Origin: Planctomycetota bacterium
Lineage (GTDB): Bacteria > Planctomycetota > OFTM77
Assembly: GCA_029260795.1 (NCBI GenBank)
Contig: JAJDCO010000092.1
Location: forward strand, 877-64,876
Direction: 5' to 3'
DNA length: 64,000 bases
Of the stretch, positions 29,561-38,933 are shown in pieces. The stretch's first letter is position 1; the number at the start of each line of letters is the position of its first letter. A program made the position numbers and the translations under genes. A model generated the notes under the pieces. It did no database searches, was not told where the DNA came from, and worked only from the letters and a program-made list of their open reading frames with translations.

Positions 29561-31129
29561 TCAGTCCGTCACGCGGAGCGGAACCGGGCTCGAGGCGGCA
29601 TCGAACGGGTCGCCGACGACGTAGGCAAAGGACATCTCGACCTCCACCCAAGGGCTCGAGGTCGTCACCGGAACCATGAGCGCCGCTTCGGCACGTCCTT
29701 CGGTGTCGAGGAAGCCACGACCCTTCGGGAAGGCGAACGAGTTGCCGTGTCGCAGCATCCAGTACAGGACCGGATCGGGGTTCAGTGGCAGGCGCGTCAT
29801 CCCGAGCCGAAGACCCGGCTGCGTCCCCGAGACCGTTGCCAGCAGCAAGTACGGTCGTCCGGCTCGGCGCGGCCCGGCTTCGAGCCGGAATCCGATGACA
29901 CCTCCCTCGCTCAGGGAGATGTGCTCTCGGTCGAGCTCGAGCACCGCGTCGTTGGGCCCACGGGAAGCCGGCGCGAAAAGCTCGAGCGTCGGCTTCGGCG
30001 AAAGCGTGACCGGAATGCCGAGGCCGTCATCGATGCGCACGTCGAAGACATCGGTGCCGGCCGCCTTGCCTGCCGTCAAGTCCACCGAGTAGGTGCCGTC
30101 TCCGTTGTCGCGGACGGCGCCGATCGTCGACGAGCCTACACTGTCGTCGGCGTGTGTCACCGTCAGCTGCGCACCGCCTTTCTTCACCGGCTTGCGGCGC
30201 CAATCGATGAGCCGCAGCTCGAGCGTCGACGTCGCTCGACCATCGGCCGGGATGGCGCCCGGGCTCGCCGTGGCATCCGTCAGCACGTGGTCGGGGCGTC
30301 CCACCCAAGTCTGGCGCCAGTCGGCGAGCTGCTTGTGGAGCTGCAAGACCGGATCCGGATCCTGTGCTTGCGCACCTGGGACATTGAGATTCAAGAAGTA
30401 CTCGCCCCGTGCGCAGCCGGCCGAAGCGCAACCGCCATCGGTATCGCCGAGGCGCGCGACGATGAGGAAGGCGATGTGAGCCGACTTCTGAAAGCTCGAT
30501 GGCGGCGAGCCGCAGGCATCGGCGGGGGGATTCTGATCGCACGAGCAACGTCCGTCGCCGCCCATTGCGCGCGCGGCTTCCATTGCTGCGAGGAGCTTGT
30601 CGGGGAGATCTCCCGGTGTGTCGGTGAGTGCGTCGCGCGCTTTGTCGAGTACGGGCTGTCCGGTGATCACATTGCCCTGGATCGCCCAATGCAGATCACC
30701 CTGGCGGCCGGTGATCCCATTGGCGAAGCGGCCGGCGTCCGAGCCCGTGAAGGTCGCGGTGCGCATCCGGGAATCGAGGATGCCGTACTGCCGCTGCTGA
30801 TGCTGGAAGTCGCGACCCTCGAGCAGCTCGATGATCTCCTCGGGCGGCGTCCCGAGCCGGAGCTGGTCTCGAATGAAGCGTCGGTTGAAGGCACCCGAGT
30901 CGATTGCCGACTGCGCGCACGCTGCCCCGACGCCCACCAGGACCACGGGCAATGCGCGTCTCAAGTCGAGGTTCGTGAGGCAGGTCGCAGAAGCCACGCC
31001 GATCTCGCCGGTCCGGCTGTTGTACACGATGATCGACCAGGTCGCGCGCGCCGTCGGGGCGCAGGCGAGAACGAGGGCGGCCACGAAGGCAGGCATCCAG
31101 CCGCGAGCTCGGCGGGGAGTGTGGTCCAC
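29561..31129 (-). CDS. DUF1028 (Ntn-hydrolase-like) protein with an invasin Big_1 domain and a C-terminal extension
   Basis: Signal peptide then ATWSII...GEIGVASATC, QGNVI, GGDGRC. IPADGRATST...DNGDGTYS invasin motif. GGAGGT RBS before GTG 31129. Confidence 0.85.
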   Translation of the reverse strand: MDHTPRRARGWMPAFVAALVLACAPTARATWSIIVYNSRTGEIGVASATCLTNLDLRRALPVVLVGVGAACAQSAIDSGAFNRRFIRDQLRLGTPPEEIIELLEGRDFQHQQRQYGILDSRMRTATFTGSDAGRFANGITGRQGDLHWAIQGNVITGQPVLDKARDALTDTPGDLPDKLLAAMEAARAMGGDGRCSCDQNPPADACGSPPSSFQKSAHIAFLIVARLGDTDGGCASAGCARGEYFLNLNVPGAQAQDPDPVLQLHKQLADWRQTWVGRPDHVLTDATASPGAIPADGRATSTLELRLIDWRRKPVKKGGAQLTVTHADDSVGSSTIGAVRDNGDGTYSVDLTAGKAAGTDVFDVRIDDGLGIPVTLSPKPTLELFAPASRGPNDAVLELDREHISLSEGGVIGFRLEAGPRRAGRPYLLLATVSGTQPGLRLGMTRLPLNPDPVLYWMLRHGNSFAFPKGRGFLDTEGRAEAALMVPVTTSSPWVEVEMSFAYVVGDPFDAASSPVPLRVTD

Positions 31130-31218
31130 GGGGAACCTCCGGCGATCTGTCGAGGGGTATGTGCTCAAGCCGCTACAGGATAGCAAGTTGAGTGGTGGTG
31201 TCGAGGAGGGAGGGAAAA

Positions 31219-31270
31219 CACGGGGTGCACGGAGGAAGAAGAACCACCGAGGGCACGGGGTGCACGGAGG
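31219..31270 (+). repeat. 17-bp direct repeat CACGGGGTGCACGGAGG (x2)
   Basis: Exact copies at 31219-31235 and 31254-31270 in a purine-rich intergenic tract. Confidence 0.7.
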
Positions 31271-31425
31271 CCGGGGTCGGGCTTTGCTCCATGGAACCCC
31301 AGTTCGGTCGGGAGGCAGAATCCGCTCAGCTCGGAGGACGAAACCTCGTATGCGAACCCCGGAGGCGCTCCTTGAATCCCCACAAGCTGACGACGCTGGC
31401 GAAACGAAATGGTAGTGCAGGACCG

Positions 31426-31629
31426 ATGTGGCATACCGACGTCCGCGTGACCGTCGGCACCGTCGTGGATCTATTGGCCACCAAGACCGGCGGTCCGCTG
31501 ACGCGTCGCGCGGCCAACACGCTGCTCACCGAGATGGCTCAGGATTCCTGGGAGCTCGTAGAAGGGATTCACAGCTCAGGGAGCGACGGCACGCCGCACA
31601 TCCTGATTGCCGTCGGTGGCGCGCGCTAA
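31426..31629 (+). pseudogene. small hypothetical protein, possibly interrupted by a premature TAA
   Basis: Protein-like ORF MWHTDVRVTVG...TPHILIAVGGAR* continues in frame as HLRMNQKGILFEIT. Confidence 0.35.
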
Positions 31630-31666
31630 CACCTTCGGATGAACCAGAAGGGCATCCTGTTCGAGA

Positions 31667-32131
31667 TCACGGCCGCCGGCGGCGACGCCCGAACCCGCCG
31701 CCACCTGACCGGAGGCCGCGCGCCGTTCCATTCGCCTCAGCATTGGGTGTGACGGCGAGGAGATCGCCGGGCGACAGAATCTGCACACCGTAGCGCAACG
31801 CCCGTTGATATGGCTTTGATTGCCCCGGGTCAGTTCTGCCCTCTCCGATGACAAGGTAGTCGGTGTCTTGTCCTATCGCTTCGCCAACTTCGCCGCCGAG
31901 CGCTTGGATCCTCTGTTCGAGCGCTTTGCCATTCTCGCATTCCAGAAGAACGAACTGCTTCTTGCGGGCTCTCGTCGGATTCGTGCTTCGACTGGGCTCA
32001 CGGGCTTGTTCAGTGGCCTTTTCGGCGACCGACCTTTCTCGAAGCTGAACAAAGAAGGCGGTCCAACCGGTCGCTGCGAGCAGGATGAAGAAGACGAGCC
32101 AGGGCTCCAATCGGGACTGGAGCTTTCTCAT
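31667..32131 (-). CDS. membrane-anchored BRCT domain protein
   Basis: N-terminal TM, then FVL...LEQRIQALGGEV...DTDYLVIGE...YQRALRYGVQILS. GGAGG RBS. Confidence 0.75.
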   Translation of the reverse strand: MRKLQSRLEPWLVFFILLAATGWTAFFVQLRERSVAEKATEQAREPSRSTNPTRARKKQFVLLECENGKALEQRIQALGGEVGEAIGQDTDYLVIGEGRTDPGQSKPYQRALRYGVQILSPGDLLAVTPNAEANGTARGLRSGGGGFGRRRRRP

Positions 32132-32228
32132 GGTGCCTCCTTCGAACGGTCCGATCCATGACCTCGTAGTCTCAAGTCATGATATTCGTCGGTTCCGGAC
32201 AATGCCAAGGTGACGCCGAATGCTCCGC

Positions 32229-34248
<2,020 letters not shown>

Positions 34249-34356
34249 AGGATTATGGGCCACGAAGCGAATGGGCTCAAGTGAGAGACAACAAGGAGGG
34301 GACGATGGTTGCGACGAACCAGTCGGAGATCCGCGTCCCCTCCGGTGTCGAGACGC

Positions 34357-34731
34357 TCACGAGCACGGGATCCCCTCGTTCGCGAGAAGGGGGCGAAGCT
34401 GACGAAGTCCGCGGCTGAGCAGGCGACAGGTCTCAGGAAGGTCGAGCTCGAGCCGGCTCGCCACCTGTTCGATGGGCAGCTCCTCGAGCTGGGCGAGGAC
34501 GACCGCTCGAGCCGCGAACGTGTCCCAAGCGAACAGGTTTTCGAGAGCGCGTTCGATTCCTCGGCTCATCTCATGAGCAAGCAGCGTCCGGGGTGCCGGC
34601 GTCCGGACCTGCTCGTCCGTCGAGCGACCATGCGCGACCCCGAACTCGTAGAACCGGGCGATGCGTCGGGACCCTCTGGCCGAGGATTGGAGATCGTCGT
34701 GAATCTTCATGGGCCTGGCCTCTCTCGTCAT
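34357..34731 (-). CDS. stand-alone sigma-70 region 4 (HTH) domain protein
   Basis: IERALENL...RAVVLAQLEELPIEQVASRLELDLPETCRLLSRGLRQLRPLL. No region 2. GGGGAAG RBS. Confidence 0.65.
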   Translation of the reverse strand: MTREARPMKIHDDLQSSARGSRRIARFYEFGVAHGRSTDEQVRTPAPRTLLAHEMSRGIERALENLFAWDTFAARAVVLAQLEELPIEQVASRLELDLPETCRLLSRGLRQLRPLLANEGIPCS

Positions 34732-34758
34732 GTGTCGATCTTCCCCGATCCGTGCAAA

Positions 34759-34774
34759 CACAAATGACATGCCA
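34759..34774 (-). promoter_or_regulatory. sigma54-like promoter (GG-N10-GT variant)
   Basis: Minus-strand TGGCATGTCATTTGT about 30 nt upstream of the region-4 gene ATG. Confidence 0.35.
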
Positions 34775-35048
34775 GGGCGATCACTCACCGGAGGATCGCG
34801 GTGGACCTTCGGCGATCTGAGACCCCCTGTCGCATCAGACACGTTTCCCGATGGGTGCGAGTCCCCCAACCTCGCCGTCGAGCGGCGCCTGAAAATCTCG
34901 TCACGCGCGAAGAGTCGCTCGGGCGATTCATCACTTCTTCGTCACCGAGTCGCCACGGTCTCGAGTCGCTCACCATCACGACTGCGTGATAGAGTAAGGA
35001 GAGTCATGCTTCGGAACGGCTAGCAGCCGCCGATGGAGTAGGAGGTCG

Positions 35049-37880
35049 ATGAGCGACGACAGACGAGGGTGGGCCGCCGGGGTTCTCGTGCTGGTGATCC
35101 TGATATCCGCCGCATGGTGGCTCGCCACGAGTCAATCGTCGTCGGGTCCTCGCGAAAGCCCGCTTCCGACAGCGCGCGTCGATGACGTCGATGACGTCGA
35201 TTCGTCGAAAGCGGAACCAGCCCCCGAGTCGAGCGACGAGCCTCGGCCCGACGACTCACGGGAATCGATTCCCGGAGCGCGCGCACTGCGCGGTCGCGTT
35301 TGGAGCCGGATCACCCACCGACCAGTGACCGAGGCCAGGGTGACTTTGGTGAGGGACCGGACGAGCCGAGATCCGGTTGCGGAGCCGACGAGGACGGACG
35401 CGGACGGCCGCTTCACGATCCCGAATCCGCCGGACTCGGCGCGGTTGCTGGTGGTTCGCGGGCGAGGGCATGCGTCGCGGGCCCTGCAGATCGGGCCGAG
35501 CGCGGGAAGGCCAGAGGGGCTCGAGGTCGAGGTTTGGCTCGAGGCCGCCTCGCAAGTGGCTGGAGTCGTGGTGGATTCGAGCGGAGTGCCCGTCGCGCAG
35601 GCTCGCCTCTCCGTCGCACCGGTCGGCGAGCCGGCGACCCTCTCGGACGCAGAGGGACGGTTCGTGTTGCAGGGCTTGGGGAAGGGACTCGTGGAGCTCT
35701 GGGCGTACCACCCGGACGTCGGCGTCGCGACTCGCCGAGACATCCCCGCCGGAACCGGAGATGTCGTGCTGAAGCTCGAAGGCCCCCTCCTGTCGGTTCA
35801 AGGAATGGTGATCGACGACGTGACCGAGCGACCGGTCTCACGAGCGCAGGTCTGGGTGGACGATCTGCGATTGTTCGGATGTACGGGGGAAACCGATGAC
35901 GACGGTCGATTCCGTCTCGAGGGAATCCCACCGGAGCCGTTCCGGATCGGGGCGTCCTCTCCCAGCCATGGTCCGACCCTCGTGCTCGTCGAGGCTTCCG
36001 GCCAGGAGGTCGTGATTCGGCTTCGCGCTCCCGAGCCCGTCGAAGGAACGGTGGTCGAGCGAGCGACAGGAGACCTTCTTCCGGGGGTTGAGCTGCGCAT
36101 CGAGGCGGGCTCGGTTCGATGGAGTGGGCGAACCGACTCGGCGGGTCACTTTCGATCCGATGTCTCGTTCCCGTTCGGGCGGATCGAAGTGTCGATGGTC
36201 GAAGAGAGCGATTGGGTCATTCTCGCTTCCTCGGTCGTCGACGGGCGATCCCCTTCGATCGAGTGGTCGACGAAGCAGCCGATCCGGATCGTCGTCTCGC
36301 GGGGCGCCCGGGTCGAGGGGACGGTGCTCGGGCTCGAGAGCACGCCGATCTCGAGCTGTCCCGTAATCTTGATGAGCGTGACGGCCGATCTCTTCGCCGA
36401 GTCCGTGGCGTGGTCCTGGACCGATGAGCTCGGTCGCTTCGAGCTGGGTCCCGTCGCCGAGCCAGGAAAGCATCGGGTCATTGCACGGCCGGCTCGAGTG
36501 GGGCCCGCCTTCTCGGATCCCTTCGACCTGCGGCCTGGGGGGCACGTTCGCGGTGTCACCTTGACGGCGGAGCCGGCCGGTCGGCTGAGTGGTCGGTTGA
36601 TCGACCGAGACCGGCAGCCCGTGTCGGGCACGACCCTCACTCTCGAACGCGTCGATGGGGTTGCCTTGGAGCCGATTCGCGAAGATCTCCAGACCTCGAC
36701 GGCATCTGACGGAAGATTCACCCTGGGGCCAGTGCCTTCGGGATCCTACCGCGTGCTGGCGGCCAACTCGACCACGCCGGAGCAGGTGGTCGCCGAGCCC
36801 TGGCTGGTCGAGTCGGAAGTCCAGTCGGACATCGTCTGGGTATTCGATCGCGGTGCTCGGCTGGAGCTGCGGATTCTCGATCAATGGGGCGAGCCTCTCT
36901 CGGGTGCTCGGGTGGCGCTGATAGCTGTTCGGGAGGGAACGATCTTGGTGGACGCCGATCGGGACGGGCGGCTCGCCGTGGATGGGCTGCAGCCGGGCCC
37001 GGTCACCGTTCGCGTGCTGGCCGACGCGGAATGGGACGATCTCGAGACCGAGCGCACGGCGGGAGCCCCCGCCGAAGACTTGATCGTGCCGCGCCGGCAG
37101 ACCGTCGGAGCTCGCGGCCGACTCCTTCTCGAGGACGGGCGACCGGCCCGGGGAGTCCTCTGGGTTCGAGGCGTCCGTGAGGATCGGGAGGTGTGGCGAT
37201 CGGAGGAGCTCCGAGAGGGCGATTTCGCGTTCTCCTTGAACCCAGGGAGATGGCGTCTGCTACTGGTCGTCGCCGGGCAAGGCTCGGTGGTGATCGAGTC
37301 GGTCGTCGTCGCCGCGGACGAAGCGACCGAGCTGGGGGAGCTTTCCTTGGCGGACAGTCGAGATGCGGAAGGCACGGTCGTCGACGGCGCCGGCGCTCCC
37401 GTATCGGCGGCCGTGGTCGTGGCCACCTTGGACGGGGACCAGTTCGGAGGTCCGCCCGTCGGCCGCGCCGTCACGGACGATGCGGGGCGATTTGGACTTC
37501 CGGGGCTCGGCGGGTTGCCGCTGGAACTCAAGGTGCAGGCCGAGGGCTTCGGGCCGCGGTTTTTTACCAGCCGAGGACAGCCCGAACTGGGTCGTCTGAC
37601 CATCGAGGCCGGCGGTACGGTGAGCGTTCAGGTGAACGACAGCGAAGGTCGGCCGGTCCCTGACGAGATCGTGCTGCTCGGCCCCTTCGATGAAGCTGCC
37701 CGGTCGGGCTCGACGGAGACGCGCCTGGCCCGGTCGGACGAATCGGGACATGCGCAGTTCGAGCATGTGACACCGGGGCGATATCGGATTCAGGGAGCGC
37801 TCTGGCTTCGGGGACCGGGACGAATTCAGGTCCACGAAGGGGGCGAGACGCTGGTGGAGCTCGTTCGGATTCGACGCTGA
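35049..37880 (+). CDS. membrane-anchored carboxypeptidase regulatory-like (transthyretin/CnaB-like) repeat protein
   Basis: N-terminal TM, about 8 repeats of G.V.D..G.PV..A.V...TD.DGRF. GGAGG RBS. Confidence 0.85.
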   Translation: MSDDRRGWAAGVLVLVILISAAWWLATSQSSSGPRESPLPTARVDDVDDVDSSKAEPAPESSDEPRPDDSRESIPGARALRGRVWSRITHRPVTEARVTLVRDRTSRDPVAEPTRTDADGRFTIPNPPDSARLLVVRGRGHASRALQIGPSAGRPEGLEVEVWLEAASQVAGVVVDSSGVPVAQARLSVAPVGEPATLSDAEGRFVLQGLGKGLVELWAYHPDVGVATRRDIPAGTGDVVLKLEGPLLSVQGMVIDDVTERPVSRAQVWVDDLRLFGCTGETDDDGRFRLEGIPPEPFRIGASSPSHGPTLVLVEASGQEVVIRLRAPEPVEGTVVERATGDLLPGVELRIEAGSVRWSGRTDSAGHFRSDVSFPFGRIEVSMVEESDWVILASSVVDGRSPSIEWSTKQPIRIVVSRGARVEGTVLGLESTPISSCPVILMSVTADLFAESVAWSWTDELGRFELGPVAEPGKHRVIARPARVGPAFSDPFDLRPGGHVRGVTLTAEPAGRLSGRLIDRDRQPVSGTTLTLERVDGVALEPIREDLQTSTASDGRFTLGPVPSGSYRVLAANSTTPEQVVAEPWLVESEVQSDIVWVFDRGARLELRILDQWGEPLSGARVALIAVREGTILVDADRDGRLAVDGLQPGPVTVRVLADAEWDDLETERTAGAPAEDLIVPRRQTVGARGRLLLEDGRPARGVLWVRGVREDREVWRSEELREGDFAFSLNPGRWRLLLVVAGQGSVVIESVVVAADEATELGELSLADSRDAEGTVVDGAGAPVSAAVVVATLDGDQFGGPPVGRAVTDDAGRFGLPGLGGLPLELKVQAEGFGPRFFTSRGQPELGRLTIEAGGTVSVQVNDSEGRPVPDEIVLLGPFDEAARSGSTETRLARSDESGHAQFEHVTPGRYRIQGALWLRGPGRIQVHEGGETLVELVRIRR

Positions 37881-37967
37881 AAGGCGGCCGCGAGCGAGGG
37901 GAGGGCGGCTGGGACTCGGTCGATTCGGAGTGCTATCGGTGCTGACGGGGCGTGGTGGAATTCTTCC

Positions 37968-37995
37968 TTGAAATCTCGAGGCTCGCCGATAGATT
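37968..37995 (+). promoter_or_regulatory. sigma70-type promoter of tRNA-Glu
   Basis: TTGAAA-N16-TAGATT upstream of the tRNA. Confidence 0.55.
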
Positions 37996-38036
37996 ACCCG
38001 ATATCTCGTGCGGAGCGCTCGCGCTTCGCCCAGTGA

Positions 38037-38114
38037 GGCCCCATCGTCTAGTCTGGTCTAGGATAGGTGGTTCTCAGCCATCAGACAGGGGTTCGAATCC
38101 CCTTGGGGCTACCA
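38037..38114 (+). tRNA. tRNA-Glu (CTC)
   Basis: Acceptor stem GGCCCCA/TGGGGCT, anticodon arm GGTGG-TTCTCAG-CCATC, GGTTCGAATCC T-loop, encoded CCA. Confidence 0.96.
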
Positions 38115-38148
38115 AAACGACGCGTCTTCGGACGCGTCGTTTTTTTTC
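38114..38148 (+). terminator. intrinsic terminator
   Basis: AAAACGACGCGTC-TTCG-GACGCGTCGTTTTTTTT. Confidence 0.9.
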
Positions 38149-38355
38149 GTCTCCACCTTTTCGAGGGCGACCAAGGCGATTCCATGGCCGCGCCATTCGG
38201 GCTAGGATGACGCGGCGGTCGGCTCACCTCCGTTTCGGAAGGTGAACCGTGGTCCGCGAGAGACCGTCCCCGAGCGTTCGCGCCGGATCGAGCAGGCGAG
38301 CCCTGCCGCCGAAGAGCCGTTCGTGGCGACGTGCCGGAGAGCACCGGGAGACCCC

Positions 38356-38784
38356 ATGATGACGAGCGAAGGCTCGCCGAGCTGGCGACAGGCCTTCGGG
38401 AGCACGTTCCTGGTAATCGGGGCGATCGCAGTCGGTTGCCTCGTGATCGGGATCCTGCTGAACCGATTCTTCCTCCCCTCGGCCACCGAGGCCGAGATCC
38501 TGGAGGACCTCCAGGCATTGAAGGTGGCGGTGGTCAGCTTCCGACAAGACCATGAGGGGCAGCTCCCGACCCAGCTCTCCGATCTCTTGGCACCAGCGAA
38601 AGGGGAAAGGCGCCGATACATCAACCGGATCCCGTCCGATCCGTGGGGAAACGCGTATGACTACGAGAAGTCCCCGGACGGATTCCGTCTGACCTGCCTG
38701 GGACGCGATGAGCAACCGGGTGGCGAGGGTGAGGATGGCGACTTCGCGATCGAGTGGCGGGCTCCCTTCACCGAGAATCGATGA
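38356..38784 (+). CDS. GspG (T2SS pseudopilin G) C-terminal domain protein, orphan
   Basis: TM segment then DPWGNAYDY...LGRDEQPGGEGEDGD. No G|FTLIE prepilin site. Confidence 0.8.
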   Translation: MMTSEGSPSWRQAFGSTFLVIGAIAVGCLVIGILLNRFFLPSATEAEILEDLQALKVAVVSFRQDHEGQLPTQLSDLLAPAKGERRRYINRIPSDPWGNAYDYEKSPDGFRLTCLGRDEQPGGEGEDGDFAIEWRAPFTENR

Positions 38785-38933
38785 CAGGTGAACCGAGGAG
38801 TCGACCCGAGGTGACCTGCGAGTCGGATAGCCGTTCGAGGTCCGGGCCCGAAAGCGACCGACGATCGATGGAGCCGGAGAAGGCTCCGTCGGAGGTGAGG
38901 TCAGTTCTGAAGAGAAGTAGCGAGGATGACCCT

